From positions 13,638-77,637 of the forward strand of contig CANSCI010000001.1 in assembly GCA_947645355.1 (NCBI GenBank): a stretch of 64,000 nucleotides of DNA, written 5' to 3'. A program made the position numbers and the translations under genes. The stretch's first letter is position 1. Every line of letters starts with the position of its first letter. The notes below the pieces were generated by a model. The model was given only the letters and a program-made list of their open reading frames with translations, made no database searches and was not told where the DNA came from. Source of the stretch: an uncultured Dorea sp. (GTDB taxonomy: Bacteria > Bacillota > Clostridia > Lachnospirales > Lachnospiraceae). This document shows positions 38,572 to 49,085 of the stretch, one piece after another.

Positions 38572-41500
38572 ATGCCTTTAAAATTTGTATTTGGACCGTC
38601 GGGGTCCGGGAAATCTCATTATTTATATCGTTATGTGATCGATGAATCTGTACGCTGTCCGGAGCGCAGTTATATTGTGCTGGTGCCGGAGCAGTTTACC
38701 ATGCAGACGCAGAAGGATCTTGTAACGATGCATGAAAGGCGCGGCATTATGAATATTGATGTGCTCAGTTTTGCGCGCCTGGCTTACCGTGTGTTTGAAG
38801 AAACGGGAAAAGGTTCCCTTCCGGTATTGGATGATGAGGGGAAGAACCTGGTCCTGAGGAAGATTGCCGGTGATTATGAGGATCAGCTTCGTGTGCTGAG
38901 AGGAAATGTTAGAAAGCTGGGTTATATCAGTGAGGTAAAATCTGTCATCTCAGAATTTACCCAGTATGATATCGGAGAGGACGAGATCAGGCGGGTCATG
39001 GAGATGACAGGCGAAGAGTCCAGGCTTTATTATAAGCTTGCCGATATTCAGGTATTATACCGGGGATTTACGGAATACCTGCGGGAGAAATATATTACAA
39101 AGGAAGAGCTTCTGGATGTTCTGGCACATGCGGTGAGAGAGTCCAGGCTTTTGAAGAACAGTACCGTTGTCCTGGATGGCTTTACTGGCTTTACTCCTGT
39201 GCAGGACAGGCTTTTGTCAGAGCTTATGCAGCACTGCAGGGATGTTATGGTCTCTGTCACACTGGATGAGAGAGAGAATCCGTATGTCTATCAGCACCCA
39301 TATCAGCTTTTTGCACTCAGCAAGCAGATGGTAACTTCTCTTGTCCGGATTGCAGAGAGGGAGAAGGTTATGCTTGCTGATCCTGTAGATCTGCGGGGAC
39401 ATACGCCTTACCGATTTCTCGGGAACGATGCGCTGTCTTTTCTTGAACGTCATCTGTTCCGCTATGGATCTGACCAATATGAGGGTGAGCAGCAGGCAGT
39501 TTCTATCCACGCGGCAAGAAATCCTAAGGAAGAGGCATATGCAGCGGCAGGGAGAGTCCGGCAGCTTCTTCGGGCGGACGGATACCGGCTGAGGGACATC
39601 GGTGTAATCGCAAGTGATATGGAGGTATATGGGGATTATCTGAAGCAGGCATTCGAGCGGTATGATATCCCTGTATTTATGGATCAGAAAAGGAGTATCC
39701 TGCTTAATTCCTTTGTGGAATACTTAAGGAGCCTGCTCCGTATGGTGGAGCAGAATTTCACATATGAGAGCGTATTTCGTTTTCTGCGGACAAACCTTGC
39801 AGGCTTTACCTTTGAGGAAACAGATGAACTGGAAAATTATGTGATCGGACTTGGGATCAAGGGGTATAAGCGATGGCAGGAGCGATGGATCCGGCATCTG
39901 AGGGGGATGGATACAGAAGAACTGGAGCGGCTGAACCATTACAGGAGGGTATTGGTAGAAAAGGTGGACAGCCTTGTTTTTGTGCTGAAGCAAAGAAGAA
40001 AAACAGTGAGGGACATTACTTGTGCAGTATATGAATTTATGGTGCAGGAGGAGCTGCAGGTAAGGATTGCTGAGCAGGAAGAGGCTTTTAAGGCTTCCGG
40101 TGCGCTGGCCCTTGCCAGGGAATATGCCCAGATCTACCGGATTATCGTAGAGTTGTTCGATAAGTTCGTTGAGCTTCTGGGGGACGAGCCGGTGAGCCTG
40201 GATGAGTACTGCAGGCTGCTGGACGCAGGCCTTGAGGAGGCCAGGGTGGGGGTCATCCCTCCGGGTGTGGATCAGGTCGTAGTGGGTGACATAGAGCGGA
40301 CCAGATTGAAGGATATTAAAGCGCTGGTGTTTGTGGGTGCCAATGACGTATATCTTCCGGGGAACCTGCTTTGCACCGGGCTGTTGTCGGAGCGGGACCG
40401 GGAAAAGTTTGCAAGAGAAAAGCTGGCGTTGTCTCCGGGCGGCAAGGAGAAAGCGTATGTTCAGAAGTTCTACTTGTATCTGAATCTTACAAAGCCGTCT
40501 AAGAAGCTTGACATTTTTTACAGTAAGGTGTCACCGGACGGAAAAAGCGTGCGGCCTTCTTACCTCATCCAGGAGATTCGGCGGTTGTTTCCGTCTGTCA
40601 CTGTACAGGATGAAGAGGAGAGAGGTTTAGGGCAGCAGGAATTGACGGAGAAATTAGGGATAGACTATCTGATTCGGGGCTTTCAGGGAACAGGGGGCAC
40701 CATGGATGACCTCTGGTGTGAACTGTATACCTGGTATAAGAAGAATCCCTATTGGCAGAAAAAGGTAGAAGGACTCCTGAGGGCAGGTTATTACCGGATG
40801 CCTTCAGACGGGCTTACCGAGCAGGCGGCGAGGCGGCTTTACGGGGAAGATTTTGAAGACAGCATCAGCCGGGTGGAGCGCTTCTGTACCTGTGCATTCT
40901 CACATTTTCTCACCTACGGGCTGGGCCTGCAGGAACGGCAGGAATATGAATTCCAGGCTGTAGATCTTGGAAATGTATGTCATCGAGCATTGGAGAGGTT
41001 CTCGCGTAAAGTAGAGACAGGCGGCGGGAACTGGACGCAGATTGCCGATGATATAAGGAGACAGTATATTGACGAGAGTGTGGAGGAAGCAATTGCAGAT
41101 TATGGTAATTCTGTACTTTACAGTTCTGCCCGCAATGAATATCTGATCACGCGTATGAAGCAGATGCTGGAGCGTACAGTGTGGGCGTTGACCAGGCAGC
41201 TGGCAGCAGGGGATTTCCGTCCGGCATCCTATGAAATGCGGTTCGAAAACGGCAAGATCGACCGTGTCGATACGTGTGTGGACGGAGATCAGGTGTATGT
41301 TAAGGTACTGGATTATAAGACTGGGAGCAAGGCTTTTGATGTAGTTTCTCTGTACCACGGACTGCAGCTTCAGCTCATGGTGTATATGGATGCGGCGGTG
41401 AAGTCGGAGGAGCGAAAGAATCCGGGGCAGGAAGTGATCCCGGCGGGCATCTTCTATTATCGGATCCAGGATCCGCTGGTAGATAAAGATGATTCTCATG

Positions 41501-41919
41501 CATTGGAATAAACCTTCCTGAAGTAATTAAAACCGGACGGGCTGATTAACTTAAAGGATGAGGCTCTCCGGCATCTGGATCATCGCACAGAGGGAGAATC
41601 CTTGGTTGTTCCGGTGAAATATAATAAAAACGGCAGTCTTTCCAAAGGCTCCAAGGCAGTGCCGCAGGAGGAGTTCGAGATTATGATGCGCCACGCAGTG
41701 GGAAAGGTGGCGGAGGTCCACCGGAGGATCTTAAAGGGGGAGACAGGGGCCTCTCCGTACCGGAAGGGACAAGAGACCGGCTGTGATTACTGCGGGTACA
41801 GACATGTGTGCGGATTTGACGTGAAGATTCCGGGATATGACTACCGGGAGATCGATAAGATGAGCATGGAGGAGGCAATCCAGGCCATGAGAGCAGCAGA
41901 GGAGGAGAACCGGCTATGA
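38572..41919 (+). pseudogene. addB: AddB helicase/nuclease subunit, interrupted by two in-frame TAA (real or sequencing error)
   Basis: GPSGSGKS, VPEQFT, C.FSHFL.YGL, GKIDRVD, LDYKTG, LQL.VY. TAA at 41509-41511 and 41524-41526, then the frame continues to CDYCGYRHVC and overlaps the addA start. Confidence 0.85.
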
Positions 41920-44900
41920 ATGTTTCATGGACAAAAGAACAGCAGAAGGTGATTGACCTGCGGGGAAGAAATATTCTGGTATCTGCGGCTGCGGGCTCCG
42001 GCAAGACGGCGGTGCTGGTAGAACGAATTATTTCTATGCTCACGGCGGAAGATGCCCCTGTGGATGTTGACCGGCTGTTAATCGTGACATTTACGGAAGC
42101 AGCTGCGGCAGAGATGAAGGACAGGATCAGAAGCGCCATTGAGAAAAAGCTTCTGCAGCAGCCGGAAGACGAGCATCTGAAGCAGCAGGCTACCCTGATC
42201 CATAATGCCAGGATTACAACAATTCACAGTTTCTGCCTGTCGGTGATAAAAGATCATTTTCATGCGATTGATATTGACCCTGGTTTTCGTATCGGTGAAG
42301 AAGGGGAACTGAAACTTCTGCGCCATGATGTACTGGGAGAAGTTCTGGAAGAAAACTACGAAGAGGGCAGGCAGAGATTCCTGGATGTGGTGTCTGCCTA
42401 TGGGACCGGGAGGTCAGATAAGAAAATAGAAGATCTGATCCTTAAGATCTATGAGTATTCCCGGAGCTATCCGGATCCGGGGCGGTGGCTGTCCGCCTGC
42501 GCCGATGCCTACAGTGCGGAAACGATAGAGGATCTGGAAACCAGTGAATATATCAGTTGTGCCATGAGGAATGTGAAACAGTATCTTAAGGATGCAGGCA
42601 GGCTTCTTGCCCGGGGGATCGACATATGCAGCGAGGCGGACGGCCCTGCCGCTTACGAAGGAGTTCTTAGAGCAGATCTTGAGATGATCGAAGAACTGGG
42701 TCGGGAGGAGCGTTTTTCAGGGCTTGCAGAGCGGACAAGAGAAATATCCTGGGGGCGTCTTTCGCCCAACAGGGATAAGACTGTCTCAGAAGAAAAGATC
42801 GCACAGGTCAAGACGATCCGGGAGAACGTAAAAGAAATGGTCAAGGATCTGATCCAGCAGTATTTCTATGAGGAACCTGGGGAAATGCTCCTGGCTGTCA
42901 GACGATGCAGGCCGATGGTAGAAGAACTTACAGATCTGGTAAGGAAATTTGCCGCACGGTTCGAGGAGAAGAAACGTTCTAAAAATATGATTGATTTTTC
43001 GGATATGGAACAATATGCGCTTCAGATCCTGACAGAGAAAGCGGAGGATGGTTTTTTGCCGTCAGTGACAGCAAAAGAGTATCAGGAGCAGTTTCTGGAG
43101 ATTATGATCGATGAATATCAGGACAGCAACCTGATCCAGGAGACGATCCTGACCAGTATATCCACTATCCGCGAAGGCCGGTACAATGTATTTATGGTAG
43201 GAGATGTAAAGCAGAGCATTTATCGCTTCCGCCTGTCAAGGCCGGAACTTTTTATGGAAAAGTTCGACACCTACAGTATGGAAGATTCCAGGACGCAGCG
43301 GATTGACCTTCATAAAAATTTCCGGAGCAGGAAAGAAGTGCTTGACAGTGTAAACTATATGTTTCGCCAGGTAATGATTCGGAGTCTGGGCGGCATTGCC
43401 TACGATGATAACGCTGCTCTTAATGTGGGGGCGTCCTATGATCCCGGCCCCGATTATAAGACAGAGGTCCTTATCGTCGACGGAGAACTGGAGTGGGAGG
43501 CGCGTGCGATTGCGGCCCGGATCCGGGAACTGCTTGAAAGATGCAGGGTGACAGACAAAAAGAGCGGGGACTTACGTCCTGTAAAATATTCGGATATTGT
43601 GATCCTTACCAGGAGTGTCAGGGGATTTGCAGACGTATTTTCAGAAGTGTTGAATAGAGAGGGGATCCCTGCGTATGCAGGGACGAGGGAAGGGTATTTC
43701 TCCGCCCAGGAGATTGGTGTGCTTCTTGATTATCTGCGCGTACTGGATAATTTCAGACAGGATATTCCGCTTGCAGCAGTATTAAGTTCCTTCATCGGAG
43801 GCTTGTCCCAGGAGGAACTTGCCATGATAAAAAGTGAATTTAAGGAACTGCCTTTTTACCAGGCTGCGGCGGCATACAGGACCGGCGGGGAGGAGGAAAC
43901 TGTCAGAGAGAAGCTTGACCGTTGTCTGGGAATGCTTCATGAGATTCGTGAATGTGTCCCTTACACGCCGATGCATGAGCTGCTGTACCGGATCCTGGAG
44001 GAAACCGGGTATGGAGATTATGTATCCGCCATGCCTGCCGGAGTACAGCGGAAGGCGAATGTAGAAATGCTGATAGAAAAGGCGAGGGCTTTCGAGGCAA
44101 CCAGCTATAAAGGGCTGTTCCATTTTATACGTTATATTGAGCAGCTGCAGAAATATAACGTAGATTACGGTGAGGCGAGTGTGGAGGATGAACAGTCCAA
44201 TACAGTGCGTATTATGACCATCCATAAAAGTAAAGGTCTGGAATTTCCTATTGTATTTGCAGCGGGAATGGGAAAAAGATTTAATATGCAGGATGTCAGG
44301 AGTAATGTGGTACTCCATGCCAGGATGGGACTTGGGATGGACAGCATCGATCTGGAACAAAGGACAAAAAGCCCGACGATCATAAAGAAGGTCATTCAGA
44401 GGGAAGAACGGCTGGAGAGCCTTGGGGAGGAACTCAGAGTCTTGTATGTAGCCTGTACCCGCGCAAAAGAGAAACTGATCATTACAGGAGTGTTGACCGA
44501 CCCGGAAAAAAAGCTTGCCGGTTATGAGGCGGCCGCGCTGCAGGAAGAGGATGAGATTGGCTTCTGGCATCTGAGTAAGGCCGCGGCTTTCTGGGATTTT
44601 GTCCTTCCGGCGCTGTTAAGGAAGGACAGGGAGGTCCCTGCTGATGTGAAGATCCTTGCGGCAGAAGATATCGTGCGGCAGCAGGCGGCGGAGGAAGCCG
44701 GCGGCCGGATTACAAAAGCAGTTTTGGAGCACTGGGACACGCAGAGGGTATATGAACCGTCGGTAAAAGCGCAGCTAAAGGAGCAGTTTGGTTATCAATA
44801 TCCCTATGATATCAGTGGAAGAAAGCTGAAATTTACCGTGTCGGAATTAAAGAAACGGATCTATATGCGTGAGGTATCCGGCAGTGAAACCGATCAGGAC

Positions 44901-45488
44901 GGTGAGCTGCTCTATGAGGAGCCAGAAGTGATTCCGTTGATTCCGCGGTTCCTGCAGAAGGAGGAAGAGTTAAGCGGTGCGTCAAGAGGTACAGCTTATC
45001 ACAGGGTCTTGGAACTTCTGGATTTTACAGGGGATTATAGTCCGGAAAAGCTTGAGAAGTGCATTGAGATGTTCTATTCGGAAGGAAAGATATCTGAAGC
45101 TATGAAGGATGCGATTGTTCTGAAAGATATTTTACAGTTTCTTGCGTCTCCGTGTGCAGGCCGGATGAAAAAATGTGCGTGCTCGGGAAAACTGTGGAAG
45201 GAGCAGCCCTTTGTGCTGGGAATTGACGCATGCGATATTTATCCGGAGGAGCAGGAAGGGGAACAGGTGCTGGTACAGGGCATTATAGATGTTTTTTTTG
45301 AGGAAGAGGACGGGCTGGTGCTTCTGGATTATAAAACAGACCGGGTGCATGCCCCCCGTGCATTGATCGACAAATACCATGGACAGCTTGATTATTATGC
45401 AAGGGCGCTGGAGCAGCTGACACAAAAGAAGGTGAAGGAAAAGCTGATCTATTCTTTTGCACTTGAAAGGGAGGTCCGGCTGCCATGA
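41916..45488 (+). CDS. addA: AddA helicase/nuclease subunit
   Basis: AAAGSGKT, TFTEAAA, DEYQD, VGDVKQSIYRFR, TIHKSKGLEF, LYVACTRA, QGIID...LDYKTD. Confidence 0.97.
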   Translation: MNVSWTKEQQKVIDLRGRNILVSAAAGSGKTAVLVERIISMLTAEDAPVDVDRLLIVTFTEAAAAEMKDRIRSAIEKKLLQQPEDEHLKQQATLIHNARITTIHSFCLSVIKDHFHAIDIDPGFRIGEEGELKLLRHDVLGEVLEENYEEGRQRFLDVVSAYGTGRSDKKIEDLILKIYEYSRSYPDPGRWLSACADAYSAETIEDLETSEYISCAMRNVKQYLKDAGRLLARGIDICSEADGPAAYEGVLRADLEMIEELGREERFSGLAERTREISWGRLSPNRDKTVSEEKIAQVKTIRENVKEMVKDLIQQYFYEEPGEMLLAVRRCRPMVEELTDLVRKFAARFEEKKRSKNMIDFSDMEQYALQILTEKAEDGFLPSVTAKEYQEQFLEIMIDEYQDSNLIQETILTSISTIREGRYNVFMVGDVKQSIYRFRLSRPELFMEKFDTYSMEDSRTQRIDLHKNFRSRKEVLDSVNYMFRQVMIRSLGGIAYDDNAALNVGASYDPGPDYKTEVLIVDGELEWEARAIAARIRELLERCRVTDKKSGDLRPVKYSDIVILTRSVRGFADVFSEVLNREGIPAYAGTREGYFSAQEIGVLLDYLRVLDNFRQDIPLAAVLSSFIGGLSQEELAMIKSEFKELPFYQAAAAYRTGGEEETVREKLDRCLGMLHEIRECVPYTPMHELLYRILEETGYGDYVSAMPAGVQRKANVEMLIEKARAFEATSYKGLFHFIRYIEQLQKYNVDYGEASVEDEQSNTVRIMTIHKSKGLEFPIVFAAGMGKRFNMQDVRSNVVLHARMGLGMDSIDLEQRTKSPTIIKKVIQREERLESLGEELRVLYVACTRAKEKLIITGVLTDPEKKLAGYEAAALQEEDEIGFWHLSKAAAFWDFVLPALLRKDREVPADVKILAAEDIVRQQAAEEAGGRITKAVLEHWDTQRVYEPSVKAQLKEQFGYQYPYDISGRKLKFTVSELKKRIYMREVSGSETDQDGELLYEEPEVIPLIPRFLQKEEELSGASRGTAYHRVLELLDFTGDYSPEKLEKCIEMFYSEGKISEAMKDAIVLKDILQFLASPCAGRMKKCACSGKLWKEQPFVLGIDACDIYPEEQEGEQVLVQGIIDVFFEEEDGLVLLDYKTDRVHAPRALIDKYHGQLDYYARALEQLTQKKVKEKLIYSFALEREVRLP

Positions 45489-45531
45489 AATATCCTTTTT
45501 CATTCCCCTGGTAAACAAACGAATCGTTTTT

Positions 45532-45575
45532 AAAGATATCTTTTAATCCGAAAGGCTTATGGGATATCTTTTTTT
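45532..45575 (+). terminator. Intrinsic terminator after addA
   Basis: aaagatatct...ggatatcttt followed by a T run. Confidence 0.65.
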
Positions 45576-45594
45576 GATTTTTCTATAATATATG

Positions 45595-45626
45595 TTGACA
45601 AAGTATATTATACGGAATATAATATA
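45595..45626 (+). promoter_or_regulatory. Consensus sigma-A promoter with overlapping palindromic operator
   Basis: TTGACA (45595), 17 bp spacer, TATAAT (45618). Perfect inverted repeat tatattata-cggaa-tataatata at 45604-45626. Confidence 0.75.
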
Positions 45627-45687
45627 GAAAACAAAACAATATAAATATTAAAATAATATTGTACTACATAAGCAAAGGGGTGAAGTT

Positions 45688-46011
45688 ATGGTATTTAATA
45701 CCGGAGCAGCTCTTTTGGATGCGATCGTGTTAGCGGTTGTGTCGAGGGAGAGGGAAGGAACCTATGGGTACAAAATTACCCAGGATGTGAGAAAGGCAAT
45801 TGAAGTATCAGAATCCACGTTGTATCCGGTCCTGCGAAGATTGCAGAAGGATGAATGCCTTGAGGTTTATGACCAGCAGTTTGACGGAAGGAACAGACGA
45901 TACTATAAGGTAACAGAAAAAGGAATGGCACAGTTGAATCTGTACCGGGTGGAGTGGAAAAACTATTCGAAGAAGATTAATGAGATGTTTGAGGGAGGTG
46001 TGACCATATGA
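45688..46011 (+). CDS. PadR-family regulator
   Basis: TYGYKI...SESTLYPVLRRL...GRNRRYYKVTEKG. Confidence 0.93.
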   Translation: MVFNTGAALLDAIVLAVVSREREGTYGYKITQDVRKAIEVSESTLYPVLRRLQKDECLEVYDQQFDGRNRRYYKVTEKGMAQLNLYRVEWKNYSKKINEMFEGGVTI

Positions 46012-46691
46012 ACCGCACAGAGTTTATGACAGAATTGGCCGCATTATTACAGGATATACCGGTAGAAGAGAGAAGAGAGGCAATGCAGTATTACAACGAT
46101 TATTTTGACGATGCAGGCCCGGAAAATGAACAGCAGGTCATCGATGAGTTGGAGAGTCCGAAGAAGGTGGCGGCCAATATCAAGGCGGATATGAAGGAAA
46201 ATGCAAAAGAGCGCGGAGAGTTCACGGAAAATGGATACAGTGATCCGCAGTTTGAGCAGAAGGAGATGCCTGCCGGCCAGTATGAGTATCAGAGTAATAT
46301 GGAGCCCCCAAGAACGAACAATGCATTAAAGATTGTGTTGATTATAGCAATCATTGTTGTCGGTGCACCGATTGTCTTTCCGATCGCAATTGCAGCCGCG
46401 GCCACTGTGTTTGCTCTTCTTGCGGCGGCATTTGGAGTGTTTCTGGCACTGGTTGGTGTGGCAATTTCCCTGGTGATTGTGGGAGTCATACTTGTGGTTA
46501 CCGGGATTACGCTTTTGATCCCTCATCTGGCAGTGGGACTTGGCCTTCTGGGAACGGGTCTGATACTGACGGTGATCGGAGTCATTGGTACTGTGGCCGC
46601 TGTGAAGCTTTGTGTTGTTGTATTTCCGGGGATGTGCCGGGGGATTGTATGGCTTTGCAGAAGGCCTTTTGAGAGAAAGGCGGTGGGTTAG
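46008..46691 (+). CDS. DUF1700 (HAAS) membrane protein
   Basis: MNRTEFMTEL..LL...EER.EAMQYY.DYFDDAG.ENE..VI.EL.SP..VA, hydrophobic C-terminus. Confidence 0.88.
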   Translation: MNRTEFMTELAALLQDIPVEERREAMQYYNDYFDDAGPENEQQVIDELESPKKVAANIKADMKENAKERGEFTENGYSDPQFEQKEMPAGQYEYQSNMEPPRTNNALKIVLIIAIIVVGAPIVFPIAIAAAATVFALLAAAFGVFLALVGVAISLVIVGVILVVTGITLLIPHLAVGLGLLGTGLILTVIGVIGTVAAVKLCVVVFPGMCRGIVWLCRRPFERKAVG

Positions 46692-46694
46692 TTT

Positions 46695-47510
46695 ATGAAA
46701 AGGGGATGGAAGATATTCTGGGCTGTATGTGCGGTGACGGCAGGGATCGGTCTGGTGTGCTGCGCGGCCGCCCTCGCACTTGGAGTGACGGTGGAAGCGA
46801 TGGCCGAGTATTTCCCTTACGGAATCGGTTTTGTAGAGAGAAGATCGGTGGATGCCTCAGAGTATGTAGCGGAAGATATTGTGGAGAGCTACCAGGAGGT
46901 AAATGAGATCGATATGGATATCGCCGCAGGCAGAGTTGAAGTTCTGCCCTGTGACGGCCCTGATGTGAGGATAGAGACTGACGGGATCAGTGAAAAACTG
47001 AAGCTCCGTTGTTACATGGACGGCAGAGAGTTGAAACTGGAAACAACAGATCATATCAGGCATCTTGTAAATGTAGGGATCGGCACCATTTATCTATATG
47101 TGCCGAGAGAAATGTGGTTTGACGAGGTGTCCATGAAGGTTGGGGTCGGTGAACTTCATGTTCAGTCCATCTATGCACGAAAGTTGTCTGTGGATGTAGG
47201 TGCAGGAAGTGCAGCCCTGGATGATTTTAAGGCTGGTGAGGCAAGCTTTGAATGCGGAACCGGTGAGATCGTGGCGGCCGGAGATGTAGAGACCGAACTT
47301 GATATAGAAGCAGGAATCGGAAGTATTGAATGTACGATGGCAGGGCAAGAGAGTGATTACAATTATGATATCGGGTGCGATATTGGAAGTGTTTCCTGTG
47401 GAAACCGTGAGTATTCCGGTCTTGCAAGGAATACAGAAATAGACAACAATGCCGGAAAAAATATGGATATTGAATGTGGAATCGGGGATGTTACCGTGAA
47501 TTTCCGGTAG
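46695..47510 (+). CDS. DUF4097 beta-strand repeat (toastrack) protein
   Basis: N-terminal TM followed by repeated 'xxGxGxxxx' beta units. Confidence 0.8.
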   Translation: MKRGWKIFWAVCAVTAGIGLVCCAAALALGVTVEAMAEYFPYGIGFVERRSVDASEYVAEDIVESYQEVNEIDMDIAAGRVEVLPCDGPDVRIETDGISEKLKLRCYMDGRELKLETTDHIRHLVNVGIGTIYLYVPREMWFDEVSMKVGVGELHVQSIYARKLSVDVGAGSAALDDFKAGEASFECGTGEIVAAGDVETELDIEAGIGSIECTMAGQESDYNYDIGCDIGSVSCGNREYSGLARNTEIDNNAGKNMDIECGIGDVTVNFR

Positions 47511-47559
47511 CATGCCGAAAAGACAATGATAATTCAGAGTCAGAGAAGGAGGAAGAAAT

Positions 47560-47751
47560 ATGGAACAGAAACGATTATACAGATCTCGTGAGAACCGCAT
47601 GATCTGCGGTGTATGCGGGGGGATTGCAGAGTATTTTAACGTGGATCCTACACTGATCCGGTTAGGGCTTGTGCTGTTAGCTTGTACCGGTTCCGGAATC
47701 CTTGCCTATTTTATAGCGGCAATTATCATTCCGGAGCTGCCAAGAACATAA
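47560..47751 (+). CDS. PspC domain protein
   Basis: KRLYRSRENRMICGVCGGIAEYFNVDPTLIRL...AYFIAAIIIP. Confidence 0.93.
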   Translation: MEQKRLYRSRENRMICGVCGGIAEYFNVDPTLIRLGLVLLACTGSGILAYFIAAIIIPELPRT

Positions 47752-47766
47752 TTAATCTTCGAGAGA

Positions 47767-47795
47767 GGGAGGATGCCGGGAGGCGTCCTCCTTTT
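47767..47795 (+). terminator. Intrinsic terminator
   Basis: ggaggatgcc-ggga-ggcgtcctcc-tttt. Confidence 0.75.
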
Positions 47796-47863
47796 CAAAA
47801 TGTATATATTTTTTTTCTTTGTCAATACTTATATCAACGTAGAAGTGAAAGGGGTAAGGTAAT

Positions 47864-48058
47864 ATGGCAGCGAAAAAAAATAAGCCGATTAAGCTGGATG
47901 AACTGACGCAGGAGGAAAAGATGAAATACGAAATTGCGGAGGAACTGGGTCTTTTGGACCGGGTCATGACAGACGGATGGCGTTCTCTTTCCGCCAAGGA
48001 AACGGGGCGTGTCGGAGGGATCCTTGCCAGGAAAAAGAAGGAAGCCCTCAAAAAGTAA
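47864..48058 (+). CDS. Small acid-soluble spore protein (alpha/beta, SspF-like)
   Basis: MKYEIAEELGL..V...GW..LSAKETGRVGG. A possible sigma-G-like promoter (GTATA-17-AATACT) lies at 47802-47829. Confidence 0.85.
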   Translation: MAAKKNKPIKLDELTQEEKMKYEIAEELGLLDRVMTDGWRSLSAKETGRVGGILARKKKEALKK

Positions 48059-48171
48059 CGAAATTATTACGAATATTAAGAAGTGTGAACAATTCAGGAT
48101 AAAGGTTGAAGTTACAAAATCCTTTTGCTATAATCAAAAAATTAAAGAAGAATCATAGCAGGTGGAGACAT

Positions 48172-48870
48172 ATGGGCGGTAAGATAAATGTTTTGGGAAT
48201 ATATATAGACAATTACACATCCAAAGAAGCAATGAAAGAGTCCGTGAATTATATGGAGTCGGAACTGATGAATATCGTAGATCTGGTAACTGTAGATGCT
48301 CTTATGGATATGGATGCTGAATCGGGTCTTAAGGAGGACGTCTGCGGGTTTGACCTGGTGCTTGCCGGGGATAAGATGATTTTGGAGGCTGCGGATGTCA
48401 CAGAAAAGAGATATCTCCAGGAGACAGAGAACCGCCTTTTTATTAAGATGTTTCTGCGGTTTCTCCATAAGAACCATAAGCGCGTGTATGTCCTGGTGGA
48501 GTCAGAAGAGGAAGGAAGTACTTTTTATGACTATCTGGCGCGGTATTACAGCGGCATCCAGGTGGGCGGTATGGCTAAAGTATCCGCGACAAACCGGGCG
48601 GACGACATGCTGGTAAATGCAATTAACGGTGCAGAGATCGACTGTATATTGTCGGTGCTGTCATCGCCGCTTCAGGAGGATTTTGCCGTGAGGAACAAAA
48701 GTCTTCTGAATGCCCGCATCCTGCTTGGTCTTGGGAAGGAGACGCTTCCTGTCCGCCGGCAGGGGATTGCAGGAGGAAAGGTGACTCAGTTCCTGGTGAA
48801 AAGGATATTCAAAAAAGAGATGGAAAAAAGAAAGCGCAGCTGTGCAAAGGACGTTGGCCAGGAAAAATAA
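48172..48870 (+). CDS. WecB/TagA/CpsF-family glycosyltransferase-like protein (degenerate)
   Basis: KINVLGIYIDN.T.KEA, FDLVLAGD, SSPLQEDF. Several canonical motifs are altered. Confidence 0.7.
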   Translation: MGGKINVLGIYIDNYTSKEAMKESVNYMESELMNIVDLVTVDALMDMDAESGLKEDVCGFDLVLAGDKMILEAADVTEKRYLQETENRLFIKMFLRFLHKNHKRVYVLVESEEEGSTFYDYLARYYSGIQVGGMAKVSATNRADDMLVNAINGAEIDCILSVLSSPLQEDFAVRNKSLLNARILLGLGKETLPVRRQGIAGGKVTQFLVKRIFKKEMEKRKRSCAKDVGQEK

Positions 48871-49085
48871 GAAATTTATAAGATATACATTTTTGGTTAC
48901 TATGTACATTGTTTTAAAATTGAATTATATGTAAAAAACTGAGGAAATTAACAAAAAAATGTGATTTCCTCTTTCTTTTTTTGTAAATTTGTATTAGTAT
49001 AGGTTCTAGAAGTGTGCATTTTTACAGGAAAAGTTTATATTTTGTTGTGAAAAATGCATATTGAAAAGGGTGGAGGAGATGGAAT

